From: an uncultured Eubacteriales bacterium
GTDB taxonomy: Bacteria; Bacillota; Clostridia; Oscillospirales; CAG-272
Assembly: GCA_934446365.1 (NCBI GenBank)
Contig: CAKSDZ010000002.1
Span: 122,653 to 186,652, forward strand
Direction: 5' to 3'
Length of the DNA: 64,000 bases
The notes beneath the pieces were generated by a model. It was given only the letters and a program-made list of their open reading frames with translations. It searched no databases and was not told the DNA's origin. Positions within the stretch are counted from its first letter, which is position 1. Every line of letters begins with the position of its first letter. Shown piece after piece: positions 27,735 to 37,559 of the stretch. The translations under genes and the position numbers were made by a program.

Positions 27735-28340
27735 CTACGTTCCGGCACGTCTTGCGGCCTCCACCGCCGCCATGATTTTATCCCGATCCTTTTTCCCGTC
27801 CGTCTCGACGCCGGAGCTTACATCCACGGCATACGGACCGTACTCACGGGCGAGCGCTTCGATATTATCCGGCGCAAGTCCGCCGGCGAGAATCCATTCG
27901 CGCCGGATACCCGATACAAGCGCATGCTCGAAGCGCTTGCCGCCGCCGCGGCCGCTGTCAAGCAAAACCCTGTCGGCGGCGCTTTTTTCGGCTTTTTCAA
28001 TGTCCGGCGCCGAACCAATAATAAACGCCTTCCATATTTCAAGTCCCGGACAGAGCCGCCGCAGGCGGCCGATGTCCGTTTCCGTCTCATCTCCGTGCAG
28101 CTGCGCGACGGAGATAACGCCCTCCCGGTACAAGCCGCAGATAAAATCCGGTTCCGCATCCACAAAAACGCCGACGCTGACAATCTCCGGCTTTATAAGC
28201 GCCCGCAGCCGCTTCGCCGTCTCGGCCGTGACGTTCCGCCTGCTCCTCTCCCAAAAGACAAAACCGACATAATCCGGCACGGCGAGATTGACCGCCTCCG
28301 CGTCACAGGTGCGCGAGAGTCCGCATATCTTGATTTTCAT
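27735..28340 (-). CDS. trpF: Phosphoribosylanthranilate isomerase
   Basis: [17 protein letters not shown]...AQLHGDE...[11 protein letters not shown]. The ATG at 28340 overlaps the trpC stop. Confidence 0.93.
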   Translation of the reverse strand: MKIKICGLSRTCDAEAVNLAVPDYVGFVFWERSRRNVTAETAKRLRALIKPEIVSVGVFVDAEPDFICGLYREGVISVAQLHGDETETDIGRLRRLCPGLEIWKAFIIGSAPDIEKAEKSAADRVLLDSGRGGGKRFEHALVSGIRREWILAGGLAPDNIEALAREYGPYAVDVSSGVETDGKKDRDKIMAAVEAARRAGT

Positions 28341-29137
28341 GCACCGGAACCTCCGTTCCCGCATGCCGCGCGAAGTGCTCTCACCGCGTGCGCCCTGTCT
28401 TTTGCCCGCATCAGAAATTCGCCGACAAGCAGCGCGTCGGCACCGGCCGCCGCAAGGCGCGCCGCATCCTCCGAGGAGGACACGCCCGATTCCGCGACGA
28501 ACAGCACATCCCGTGGGATTTTCTCCCGAAGCCGTCCGGCGCTCTCCAAATCCACGCTGAAATCCGCAAGATTCCGGTTGTTCACTCCGATGATACGGGC
28601 ACCCGCGCGGACTGCGGAATCGATTTCCTGCGCACAATGCGTTTCGACAAGCGCGCTCATGCCGAGGTCATCGCAGATACCGATATACCTTGTAATCGTC
28701 TGCATGTCGAGCAGCGCACAGATGAGAAGAACGGCGTCCGCACCGAGCAGCCGCGCCTCGTAAAGCTGATATTCGTCCACCGTGAAGTCCTTACGGAGCA
28801 TCGGCAGCTCCGTTTTCGCGCGGATATCCCGAAAGATATCGTCCGACCCGAGAAAGCGCGTGGGCTCCGTCAGAACGGAAAGGCAGTCCGCGCCGCCCGC
28901 CTCATAATCGCGGGCGATTTCGGCATACGGGAAATCCTGCGAGATGATTCCTTTGGACGGCGACGCTTTTTTTACCTCGCAGATAAGCGATATCCCGGAG
29001 CGGGAGAGCGCTTTCACGAACCGGAAATCCCCCGGCAAGTGCTTCGCCTGTTCCTTAATTTGCGCCAACGAACATATTTTTTTGTTTTCGGCGACCCGTT
29101 TTTCCGCCGCCGCCGCAAGCGTTTCCAAAATATTCAT
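28337..29137 (-). CDS. trpC: Indole-3-glycerol-phosphate synthase
   Basis: [13 protein letters not shown]...[15 protein letters not shown]...IGVNNRNL. Confidence 0.95.
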   Translation of the reverse strand: MNILETLAAAAEKRVAENKKICSLAQIKEQAKHLPGDFRFVKALSRSGISLICEVKKASPSKGIISQDFPYAEIARDYEAGGADCLSVLTEPTRFLGSDDIFRDIRAKTELPMLRKDFTVDEYQLYEARLLGADAVLLICALLDMQTITRYIGICDDLGMSALVETHCAQEIDSAVRAGARIIGVNNRNLADFSVDLESAGRLREKIPRDVLFVAESGVSSSEDAARLAAAGADALLVGEFLMRAKDRAHAVRALRAACGNGGSGA

Positions 29138-30141
29138 ACGCCGGATTCCGTAATCAGCTCATGGAGCTTGCGTTCCGCAGCCCCGCTGTCGATGAGCTGC
29201 GCCGCAAGCGCGACGCCCTCGCGCATGGTACCGGCGGCGCCGCCGATATAAAGTCCCGCGCCGGCGTTGAGCAGCACCACATCGCGGTGTACGCCGCGCT
29301 CGCCCGAGAGCACCGCCCGCGTAATCGCCGCATTCTCCTGCGGCGTGCCTCCCACAAGCTCGGATTTTTGACACGTGGAAAGGCCGAAGTCCTCCGGTGC
29401 AATCCGATAGGTGCGGAAATCGCCGTTTTCAAATTCGCAGACAACGGTCGGCGCGGAAAGCGAAATCTCATCCAGCCTGTCGGTGCCGTAGACCGCCATG
29501 CCCCGCCGAACGCCAAGCCCCGCCAGCACATGCGCGAGCGGCTCCACAAGCGACTTGTCATAAACGCCCAGCACCTGTCTTGTCGGATGCGCAGGATTGG
29601 TCAGCGGTCCCAAAATATTGAAAACCGTGCGGACGCCAAGCTCACGGCGCACCGGTCCCACATATTTCATCGAAAGATGATATTTCTGCGCGAACAGAAA
29701 GCAAATGCCGATTTTGTCAAGCAGTCTCGCACACGTCTCGGAATCCAGCGAGATGTTCACTCCCAGCGCTTCGAGGCAGTCCGCGGCGCCGCTCGCGGAG
29801 GACGCCGCGCGGTTTCCGTGCTTCGCCACCTTGACCCCGCCCGCCGCGATGACAAATGCCGCCGTCGTGGAAATGTTGAAGGTTTTCGCACCGTCCCCGC
29901 CCGTCCCGACGATTTCCAGCGTATCGCCGGAAGTCTTGACGGGTTCCGCACGCTCGCGCATGACGGAGGCGCAGGCCGTGATTTCATCGATGGTTTCCCC
30001 CTTGGTTTCCAGTGCGGCAAGGAATGCCGCCGTCTGCATGCCGGACGCTTCCCCGCTCATGATTTCGTTCATCACCGCCGCCGCTTCCTCATAAGAAAGG
30101 TCGTTTCTGCCGATGAGCTTCATCGTCGCTTCTCTAATCAT
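29134..30141 (-). CDS. trpD: Anthranilate phosphoribosyltransferase
   Basis: [22 protein letters not shown]...KHGNRAASS. Confidence 0.96.
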   Translation of the reverse strand: MIREATMKLIGRNDLSYEEAAAVMNEIMSGEASGMQTAAFLAALETKGETIDEITACASVMRERAEPVKTSGDTLEIVGTGGDGAKTFNISTTAAFVIAAGGVKVAKHGNRAASSASGAADCLEALGVNISLDSETCARLLDKIGICFLFAQKYHLSMKYVGPVRRELGVRTVFNILGPLTNPAHPTRQVLGVYDKSLVEPLAHVLAGLGVRRGMAVYGTDRLDEISLSAPTVVCEFENGDFRTYRIAPEDFGLSTCQKSELVGGTPQENAAITRAVLSGERGVHRDVVLLNAGAGLYIGGAAGTMREGVALAAQLIDSGAAERKLHELITESGV

Positions 30142-30144
30142 CTC

Positions 30145-30717
30145 TCACTCCCCCAAAGCAATAAAATTTTCAAGAATCCTGATGCCGTCCGGCGTCAGAA
30201 TCGATTCCGGATGGAACTGCAATCCGAACACGAGATACCGACGATGCTCCACCGCCATGATTTCCCCGTCGTCCGCACGCGCCGTGACCTTCAAGCAGTC
30301 CGGCATGGTATCTCCGACCGCCGCCAAGGAATGGTAGCGCGCGACGGTCATCTCCTGCGGCAAGCCGCGGAACAGGGCGGATGACGTATCCGCCGTTATG
30401 ACGGAGCTTTTGCCGTGCATCAGCCGCTTCGCATGCGCAATCCGCGCTCCGTAAGCCTCACAGATTGCCTGATGACCGAGGCATACGCCGAGAATCGGGA
30501 AACGCTCTCCCAGCCTTCGGACGACCTCGATGCAGACGCCCGCCGCCGCGGGATACCCCGGTCCCGGCGAAAGGATGATCCTCTCCGGCGCCATACGGGC
30601 GATTTCCTCCACGCTTTTTTCGTCGTTTCGGATAACCGTGATATCCGGATTCAGCGTCCCGACGAGCTGATACAGATTATAGGAAAAGCTGTCGTAATTA
30701 TCGATCAGTAAAATCAT
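30145..30717 (-). CDS. trpG: Anthranilate synthase component II (glutamine amidotransferase)
   Basis: MILLIDNYDSFSYNLYQL...GVCLGHQAI...LQFHPES. Confidence 0.95.
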   Translation of the reverse strand: MILLIDNYDSFSYNLYQLVGTLNPDITVIRNDEKSVEEIARMAPERIILSPGPGYPAAAGVCIEVVRRLGERFPILGVCLGHQAICEAYGARIAHAKRLMHGKSSVITADTSSALFRGLPQEMTVARYHSLAAVGDTMPDCLKVTARADDGEIMAVEHRRYLVFGLQFHPESILTPDGIRILENFIALGE

Positions 30718-32186
30718 AGGTCTATTCCTCCGCTTGCCGTTTTCAGCGCCTCGGTCACGGCCGCCGCCTTGTTGAGGCACTCCTCATATTCCTTTTCCGG
30801 CACGCTGTCGGCGACAATGCCGGCGCCGGAACGCACAAATACTTTGCCGTTCTTTTTATAGGCGATTCGGATGGCGATGCATGTGTCGAGGTTTCCCGTA
30901 AAATCGATATAGCCAATCGCGCCGCCGTAAATGCCGCGCTTGTTGTTTTCCAGCTCGGCAATGATTTCACAGGCGCGGATTTTCGGCGCGCCGGACAGCG
31001 TTCCGGCGGGCAGAATCGCATCCACCGCATCGACGGCGTCGCACGCCGGCTTGATTTCCCCGCGCACGGTGGAGCCGATGTGCATCACATGGGAATAACG
31101 CTCAATCTCCATATACTTTTCCACCGAAACGCTGCCGAAACGGCTGATTTTGCCGATGTCGTTGCGTCCGAGGTCGACAAGCATGTTGTGCTCGGCACAT
31201 TCCTTTTCGTCCGCGAGAAGCTCGCGTTCCAGTGCCGCGTCCTGCGCCGGCGTCTTTCCGCGCGGACGGGTTCCGGCAAGGGGAAACGTATGCAGCACGC
31301 CGTCCTCAAGCTTTACAAGGGTTTCCGGAGAAGCGCCCGCCACCTCGATATCCTCACCGGAAAAATAGAACATATACGGCGACGGATTGGTCGTGCGCAG
31401 CACCCGGTAGGTGTCAAGTAAGCTTCCCTCATAATCCGCTTCGAGACGGTTAGAGAGTACCACCTGAAAGATATCGCCGTCCACAATGTATTCCTTGGCG
31501 CGCTTCACCATCGAGCAGTACGCCGTCCGGTCAAAAAGCGCACGGAACTCCGATTTCAAGGCGCCCTTTTCCGAGGGAGCCTCCGTGCCGGAAAGCACGA
31601 GCTCCCGAAGCCTTGCAAGCTCGGTCTCCGCTCTTTGATATTCGTGTTCGAGGTCGTCGGTGCGGATGTTGACAATCAGAACGATCTTCTGCCTGAGATT
31701 GTCGAACGCGATAACCTTATCGAACAGCATGAGGTCCACATCCCGGAACCGCTCCTCATCACAGACATCGATCGCAAGGGTCGGTTCCGCATATTTGATA
31801 TAATCATAGGCGAAATATCCGACAAGTCCGCCGGTAAACGGCGGCAGAAAATCGAGTCGCGGGCTCTTGTTTTCGGCGAGAATCCGCCGGATGGCCTCCC
31901 CCGGATGCGAGGTATTCTCCGTCGCGGTGCCGCCGTTCCTTATCGTAATTTTTCCGTCCGTGCAGGTAAATTCAAGCTTCGGGTCAAAGCCGAGAAACGT
32001 ATACCGTCCCCACGTCCTGCTCTCCTCTACGGATTCCAAAAGATAGCAGCATTTGCTGATTTCCCGCAACTTCTGCAAAACACCGACCGGCGTGCGTGTG
32101 TCGGAATAAAGCTCCGTGCTGACCGGAATCACGCGATAATCGCCTGCTGCCGCAATTTCCCTTGCTTCCCTCAAAGTCGGTCTCAT
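30714..32186 (-). CDS. trpE: Anthranilate synthase component I
   Basis: ...LSNRLEADYEG...PSPYMFY...GTLSGAPKIRA...RGIYGGAIGY. ATG at 32186. Confidence 0.96.
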   Translation of the reverse strand: MRPTLREAREIAAAGDYRVIPVSTELYSDTRTPVGVLQKLREISKCCYLLESVEESRTWGRYTFLGFDPKLEFTCTDGKITIRNGGTATENTSHPGEAIRRILAENKSPRLDFLPPFTGGLVGYFAYDYIKYAEPTLAIDVCDEERFRDVDLMLFDKVIAFDNLRQKIVLIVNIRTDDLEHEYQRAETELARLRELVLSGTEAPSEKGALKSEFRALFDRTAYCSMVKRAKEYIVDGDIFQVVLSNRLEADYEGSLLDTYRVLRTTNPSPYMFYFSGEDIEVAGASPETLVKLEDGVLHTFPLAGTRPRGKTPAQDAALERELLADEKECAEHNMLVDLGRNDIGKISRFGSVSVEKYMEIERYSHVMHIGSTVRGEIKPACDAVDAVDAILPAGTLSGAPKIRACEIIAELENNKRGIYGGAIGYIDFTGNLDTCIAIRIAYKKNGKVFVRSGAGIVADSVPEKEYEECLNKAAAVTEALKTASGGIDL

Positions 32187-32213
32187 TTCATCACACCTTC
32201 CCTCGGGGATGGC

Positions 32214-32495
32214 AAAAACAAAAAACCCGTCCCCGACATTCAAAAAAATGTCAAGGACGAGTTCAACTCGCGGTGCCACCTTGATTCACGGCAAAATCCG
32301 TGCTTCTCATCGGGATACCAACATATCCCCGGCAGGCTGACGGCTGCCATCCGTCGCAGAATACTCGGAGCATAGCTCCTTTGACTGCGCCCTCCGCGGT
32401 CCATTTGATGACTTGTTTTCCACCCGACTCTCAGCGCCGCGGGCTCTCTGTGGGAGCATCATCACCGTTATCTCCGCTTCAACGGTTTCAACTTG
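32214..32495 (-). promoter_or_regulatory. T-box riboswitch leader with Trp specifier (UGG)
   Basis: Minus strand: stem I GAGAGCCCGCGG...CCGCGGAGGGC with specifier loop ...aaaUGGa.... The T-box sequence is AATCAAGGTGGCACCGCG (32269-32280 region). The terminator CGTCCTTGACA/TGTCGGGGACG is followed by GGTTTTTTG. Confidence 0.88.
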
Positions 32496-32501
32496 GTTTG
32501 C

Positions 32502-32530
32502 ATTATATCACCGGAAAGACGGTTTGTCAA
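32502..32530 (-). promoter_or_regulatory. trp operon promoter
   Basis: Minus strand TTGACA (32530-32525), 17 nt, TATAAT (32507-32502). Confidence 0.75.
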
Positions 32531-32595
32531 GACCTCCCGTCAAAATTTTTCATGGAAAAGCTTTTCTCTCCGGCATACTTTTGGCAATATACCGG

Positions 32596-32624
32596 TTGAC
32601 AGAAAAAATCAACCGTGCTATAAT
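32596..32624 (+). promoter_or_regulatory. pdxK promoter
   Basis: TTGACA (32596-32601), 17 nt, TATAAT (32619-32624). Confidence 0.7.
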
Positions 32625-32666
32625 TTCAGAAAAATCCTTTATTTTGAATCAGAAAAGAGGTCAATT

Positions 32667-33509
32667 ATGCAAAAAAGAGTTTTGGCCGTTCACGATATCT
32701 CCTGCGTCGGGAAGTGCTCGCTGACCGTAGCGCTGCCGATTATCTCCGCCGCGGGAATCGAAACCTCCGTCCTCCCCACGGCGGTGCTTTCTACGCACAC
32801 GGGCGGCTTCGAGGGCTACACTTTCCGTGATCTGACGGAGGATATCCGTCCCATTTCCGCCCACTGGAAATCCTTAAACTTGAAAATGGACGCCGTTTAT
32901 ACCGGTTATCTCGGCTCATTCGAGCAGCTCACACTGGTAAGCGAGCTGATCCGTGATTTCCGCAGACCGGATACCGTTGTGCTTGTCGATCCCGTTATGG
33001 CGGACAACGGAAAGCTGTATCCGCTTTTCACGATGGATTTCGTGGCGGGAATGAGAAAGCTCTGCGGCATCGCGGATATTATCGTTCCGAATCTGACGGA
33101 GGCCGCACTCATGCTTGGTGAGGAATACCGAGAAAGCTATGACCGCGCCTATATCGAGGCGACACTGAAAAAGCTCGCGGCAATCGGACCCCGCAAGGTC
33201 GTGCTCAGCGGCGTATCCTTTGAGCCGGATAAGCTCGGTGCCGCGTCATACGACAGCGCGACGGACACGATATCTTATTATTTTGCCGAACGGGTAGACG
33301 GTTATTATCACGGAACGGGCGATGTGTTCGGAAGCGCACTTCTCGCCGCCGTCATGAACGGATTCTCTCTTGCGGATTCCATCCGCGTGGCGGTGGAATA
33401 CACGGTCGGCGCGATCCGGCGCACAAAAGCCGCCGGTACCGATATCCGCTATGGTGTGGATTTTGAAAATGAAATTCCGAATCTTCTGCGCTTACTGGGA
33501 AAGCTTTGA
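32667..33509 (+). CDS. pdxK: Pyridoxal/pyridoxamine kinase
   Basis: MQKRVLAVHDISCVGKCSLTVALPIISAAGIETSVLPTAVLSTHTGGF...DPVMADNGKLY...GTGDVFGS. ATG at 32667. Confidence 0.88.
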   Translation: MQKRVLAVHDISCVGKCSLTVALPIISAAGIETSVLPTAVLSTHTGGFEGYTFRDLTEDIRPISAHWKSLNLKMDAVYTGYLGSFEQLTLVSELIRDFRRPDTVVLVDPVMADNGKLYPLFTMDFVAGMRKLCGIADIIVPNLTEAALMLGEEYRESYDRAYIEATLKKLAAIGPRKVVLSGVSFEPDKLGAASYDSATDTISYYFAERVDGYYHGTGDVFGSALLAAVMNGFSLADSIRVAVEYTVGAIRRTKAAGTDIRYGVDFENEIPNLLRLLGKL

Positions 33510-33518
33510 AAAGAAAAA

Positions 33519-33546
33519 TTCCGCCATATAGGCGGATTTTTCTTTT
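33519..33546 (+). terminator. pdxK intrinsic terminator
   Basis: TCCGCC-atata-GGCGGA followed by TTTTTCTTTT. Confidence 0.85.
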
Positions 33547-34345
33547 CTCCTTTCCAAAGGAGAAAGATATGTGCTTTTCTCACTGAGGAGAAAAGCACCA
33601 AAAGACTCACCGAGACGATGTCTCGGACTCTCATCGTGCTACTGGGAAACACATACACACGGCTCCCAACAGTTGTTTGCTCTCGCTTCGCTCGGCAAGC
33701 CAACATTCGCCGTGCGGAGAGCATCTGCCACTGGAAACCCGCGCCCGCAGGCGTAAGGCTACCGGATTGCACTCGCTGCCCGTTCGGCGTGTTCCGCCGT
33801 GGATTGCACGAGTTTACCGAGTGCAAACACGTGTCGGGAGCCGACGGAATACATTTTCGGCCCGCACTAACGGTCAAGCCGCAGGCTTGCAGTTCTTTTG
33901 ATGCTTTTCTTTCTGCAAAGAAAAGCATGCGGTTTCTCCTTTCCAAAGGAGAAGATGTGTGCTTTTCTCACTGAGGAGAAAAGCACCAAAAGACTCATCG
34001 AGACGCTGTCTCGGACTCTCATCGTGCTGCTGGGAAGCGCATACACACGGCTCCCAACAGTTGTTTGCTCTCGCTTCGCTCGGCAAGCCAACATTCGCCG
34101 TGCAGAAATTTTGTGCCACTGGAAAGCTCGCGCCCGCAGGCGCAAGGCTGCCGGATTGCACTCGCTGCCCGTTCGGCGTGTTCCGCCGTGGATTGCACGA
34201 GTTTACCGAGTGCAAACACGTGTCGGGAGCCGACGGAATACATTTTCGGCCCGCACTAACGGCCAAGCCGAAGGCTTGCAGTTCTTTTGATGCTTTTCTT
34301 TCTGCAAAGAAAAGCATGCGGTTTCTCCTTTCCAAAGGAAAAAGA
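33545..34345. repeat. Second tandem array of the ~390-bp repeat family (unit C 33545-33933, unit D 33934-34322, terminal partial hairpin 34323-34345)
   Basis: Collinear with 15097-15890, in the same orientation and with the same three-hairpin junctions. Confidence 0.9.
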
Positions 34346-34375
34346 AAAAGCATGCTATCGCATGCTTTTTCTTTT
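34343..34375 (-). terminator. Bidirectional terminator after the 34376-35818 gene
   Basis: AAAAAGCATGC-tatc-GCATGCTTTTT with flanking A/T runs. Confidence 0.8.
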
Positions 34376-35818
34376 TTATTCCGCCACAATGTAATTCGCG
34401 TAAGGTCCCCAGAAATAGTTCGTAACAAAATTCGCATACGATTCCTCCGGAACATAGAAGCGGCTTCTTTCGGGAAGCCCTTCCCTTGCGCCGCCCGACA
34501 CATTGTTGACCGTGCATTTATCCGGATCCACCGCTAAAATATGGATTTTTTCAAGGCTCTCCGCCCCGCGGAACGTGCCGTCCGGAATCTGACCGATGTT
34601 ATCCGTCACAAAAAGCTCCGCGAGTGTCCCACAGCCGGCAAAGGTATCGGCGGTAAACGCCACAACCTTCTTTCCGTCGTAAGCCACAGGTGTCCTGAGC
34701 GTCGTCTGCGTTTTGCCAAGCTCCGTGACGCCGGTGATATATACGCCGAAATCCGTCACGTTATAAGTGAAGTAGACCTCGTTTTCATCGTACTCATACA
34801 CGTCCGGCTCATCCGGATTATCCGGGATCTCCGGTTCGTCCGGCACCTCGATGTCCACCGTGATCTCTCCCATCTTAGCGGCAAGATCGATCGCGAGCTG
34901 CCTTGTATGCAGAACCGCGCCCGCGCTGTTGGTATGGAAATTGCTGTCGAAGAAATAGCCGGAGCGATAAAGATATTCATTCGGATCGCCGAGCACCTCA
35001 CAGTCGAACCGCTCGGAAAGGAAATCGGTAAACGCTTCGAGCGTTTCCAGCGTCGTGTCGGGATCGATCGCCATCTCGTTCATCGGACAAAAGCCGAGAT
35101 AGACCGTTGCGCCCTTTTTCTGCGCATATTTCACATAATCATTGACATAGTCGATGAAATCCTCCGAAATCATCTCCAAATTAAAATCGATAATCATGCC
35201 GGAATCATATCCGCCTGCCATGGTGTTGTAGTCCTTTGTCCGATTATACCGGATAAAGCCGTAATCGTCAAACGACGAGGCGTTATAGATGCCGTCGGGG
35301 TCCAAAACCGTCCCCTCCCGCATATATTGCAGCTTTGAGGAGGCAAACCGCCAAAAACCGCCGAGCATCGCGGGAATATCGTCGGAATCAAGATACCGGA
35401 GAAGCGAAAAATGTCCGTCCACCGCCTGCCACATCGCCTCCGCATTGAAGTAGAGCGACCATGTCTGCGCGTTCATTTCCGGCGCAATGACGATGATATC
35501 TCCCTCGCCAATGCCAGATTTGGAATAGTCGAGCATCGTTTTTGTGCCGAGCGTGGCATACAAACCGAAGTTGACGACCGGCATACCGAGCGTTTTCTCC
35601 AAAAGCTCGGCATCGACACCGAATGCGGCGGAGCTGCCGCCAATCACAATGATTTTTGCTCCGTCCGTATTCCGGAGCCGCTCCACCTTGTCGTCAAATT
35701 CGCCGAGAAACGTCCTTTCAAACTGTGTCGGCGTAAAAAATCCGGAAGCCAGTACCGCGACAAGCGGCAAAAGCAGCAGAAGCACGATTAAGAGAAATCG
35801 AATCCATGATTTTTTCAT
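34376..35818 (-). CDS. Membrane-anchored SGNH/DltD-like domain protein with C-terminal BspA-type leucine-rich repeats
   Basis: N-terminal TM MKKSWIRFLLIVLLLLLPLVAVLA. Also IIVIGGSSAAFG...GEGDIIVIAPE...YFFDSNFHTNSAG. C-terminal VVAFTADTFAGCGTLAELFVTDNIGQIPDGTFRGAESLEKIHI. Confidence 0.7.
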   Translation of the reverse strand: MKKSWIRFLLIVLLLLLPLVAVLASGFFTPTQFERTFLGEFDDKVERLRNTDGAKIIVIGGSSAAFGVDAELLEKTLGMPVVNFGLYATLGTKTMLDYSKSGIGEGDIIVIAPEMNAQTWSLYFNAEAMWQAVDGHFSLLRYLDSDDIPAMLGGFWRFASSKLQYMREGTVLDPDGIYNASSFDDYGFIRYNRTKDYNTMAGGYDSGMIIDFNLEMISEDFIDYVNDYVKYAQKKGATVYLGFCPMNEMAIDPDTTLETLEAFTDFLSERFDCEVLGDPNEYLYRSGYFFDSNFHTNSAGAVLHTRQLAIDLAAKMGEITVDIEVPDEPEIPDNPDEPDVYEYDENEVYFTYNVTDFGVYITGVTELGKTQTTLRTPVAYDGKKVVAFTADTFAGCGTLAELFVTDNIGQIPDGTFRGAESLEKIHILAVDPDKCTVNNVSGGAREGLPERSRFYVPEESYANFVTNYFWGPYANYIVAE

Positions 35819-35831
35819 TCACCGCACCCCC

Positions 35832-37289
35832 TTAAAACTGGAAATAGATAAACGCGGATGCGCCGCCGACGGAGAGCAGCAGCGACCATGCGGCCGTCAC
35901 CGCAAGCGTCACAACGGCGAGCGTATACTGTCTCGATGCCGTCCCGTTTTCCGTGAGGCGCGGTTCGTCACACATCGTGTCGAGCATCGACATCACCAGA
36001 ATCGAAAGCACCGTAACCAAAGCCGCCGTCACGGTCATTCCCATCGAAGAAAGTGTCGCCGTGACAGAACCCGCCTCCCACGAGGTGAAGAGCTTGCCAA
36101 GGAGCACCCACAGGTCCGCCGTACTGTTCGCCCGGAAGAAAATCCATGCGAAGCAGACGAGGAGAAATGTGACAATGCGCTGACCCAGCATGAACACCTT
36201 GGAATCCGTTTTGATTTTGAGCTTTTCATACAGCCGGTACCTCGGCTTTTTGGTAATCGCGCCGACGATTTGATAAAGCCCGTGCAGCACGCCCCACAAA
36301 ACGAAGGTCCAGCTCGCGCCGTGCCAAAGTCCGCTGACAAGAAATACTACGAAAATATTGAAATAATTCCGCGCGCGGGAGCAGCGATTTCCGCCGAGCG
36401 GTATGTAGAGATAATCCTTAAACCAGCTGGAAAGGCTGATATGCCATCTCGCCCAAAACTCCTTGATGCTGCGGGCACGGTACGGACGGTTGAAATTCTG
36501 CATCAGGCGAATGCCCATGATCCTCGCACAGCCGATGGCGATATCCGTATAGCCGGAAAAATCGCAGTAAATCTGCACCGCAAAAAGCACAGCGCCAAGA
36601 AGCACGCCAAATCCCGTCGCGCCCGCCGCGTCGTTGAACACGGCGTTGACAAATTCCGCGATGATATCGGCGACCACAATCTTCTTAAAGAAGCCGACCG
36701 CCATTTTTTGAAGTCCCGCAAATGCGTTTGAAGCCTCGAGCTTATGCTCTTCCTTCAACTGCGGCATCAGATTTTCCGGACGCTCAATCGGTCCCGCGAC
36801 AAGCTGCGGGAAGAAGGAGACAAACAGCGCGTACCAGCCGAAATGCCGCTCCGCCTTAATACTTCCCCGATATACGTCGATGACATAGGAAAGCGTTTGG
36901 AACGTATAGAACGAGATACCGACCGGAAGAATCAAATTTAAGGAAAATTCCTCCGCCGAGCCGCCGAAAAGATTCCACATCGAGATGACGGAACCCGCAA
37001 GAAAATTGAAATACTTGAAAAAGAACAGCACGCCGAGCGATGTGATAAGCGTGATGCAGAGCCATAATCTCTTTTTGCGGCGGCTCTCCGTTTTTTCAAT
37101 GAGAATCGCGCTTACATAGGAGACCGCCGTCGTAAACAGAATGAGAAAAATCAGCGGCGGATTCCAAATCATGTAGAAAAAATAGCTCGCCGCAAGCAGC
37201 AGCGGCCATTTGCACCTTTTCGGCAGGATAAAATAGAGAAGAAGCACCAGCGGATAAAAAATCAGAAATTCAGCGGAATTGAAAATCAT
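35832..37289 (-). CDS. MBOAT-family O-acyltransferase (AlgI/DltB/PatA-like)
   Basis: MIFNSAEFLIFYPLVLLLYF...FWARWHISLSSWFKDYLYIPLGGNR...SGLWHGASW (conserved His). Confidence 0.9.
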   Translation of the reverse strand: MIFNSAEFLIFYPLVLLLYFILPKRCKWPLLLAASYFFYMIWNPPLIFLILFTTAVSYVSAILIEKTESRRKKRLWLCITLITSLGVLFFFKYFNFLAGSVISMWNLFGGSAEEFSLNLILPVGISFYTFQTLSYVIDVYRGSIKAERHFGWYALFVSFFPQLVAGPIERPENLMPQLKEEHKLEASNAFAGLQKMAVGFFKKIVVADIIAEFVNAVFNDAAGATGFGVLLGAVLFAVQIYCDFSGYTDIAIGCARIMGIRLMQNFNRPYRARSIKEFWARWHISLSSWFKDYLYIPLGGNRCSRARNYFNIFVVFLVSGLWHGASWTFVLWGVLHGLYQIVGAITKKPRYRLYEKLKIKTDSKVFMLGQRIVTFLLVCFAWIFFRANSTADLWVLLGKLFTSWEAGSVTATLSSMGMTVTAALVTVLSILVMSMLDTMCDEPRLTENGTASRQYTLAVVTLAVTAAWSLLLSVGGASAFIYFQF

Positions 37290-37543
37290 GCGCGCCGCCT
37301 CCCCTCAAGCATCACAAAACCGAGTCTTACGGCCAGCACCGCAAGCAAATAAAGAAGCGTATCCGAAAGCCCCGCCCCATACGACAGAAACAAGACGAAG
37401 GCAAACGCGCAGAAAAGCGCGTTTGCCGTCATAAAAATCCATTTTCTGCGGAATTTGTATTCACAGAAGCTGATAAGCGCCGAAATGACGATGCAAATCA
37501 GCATGAGAGGCGAGGAAAGTATAAAATTCTCCGAACCGAACAT
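37286..37543 (-). CDS. Small (85 aa) three-TM membrane protein, translationally coupled to the MBOAT gene
   Basis: MFGSENFILSSPLMLICIVISALISF.... GGAGGA RBS; its stop overlaps the MBOAT ATG (ATGA). Confidence 0.55.
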   Translation of the reverse strand: MFGSENFILSSPLMLICIVISALISFCEYKFRRKWIFMTANALFCAFAFVLFLSYGAGLSDTLLYLLAVLAVRLGFVMLEGRRRA

Positions 37544-37559
37544 AGTTCCTCCGATCCAA

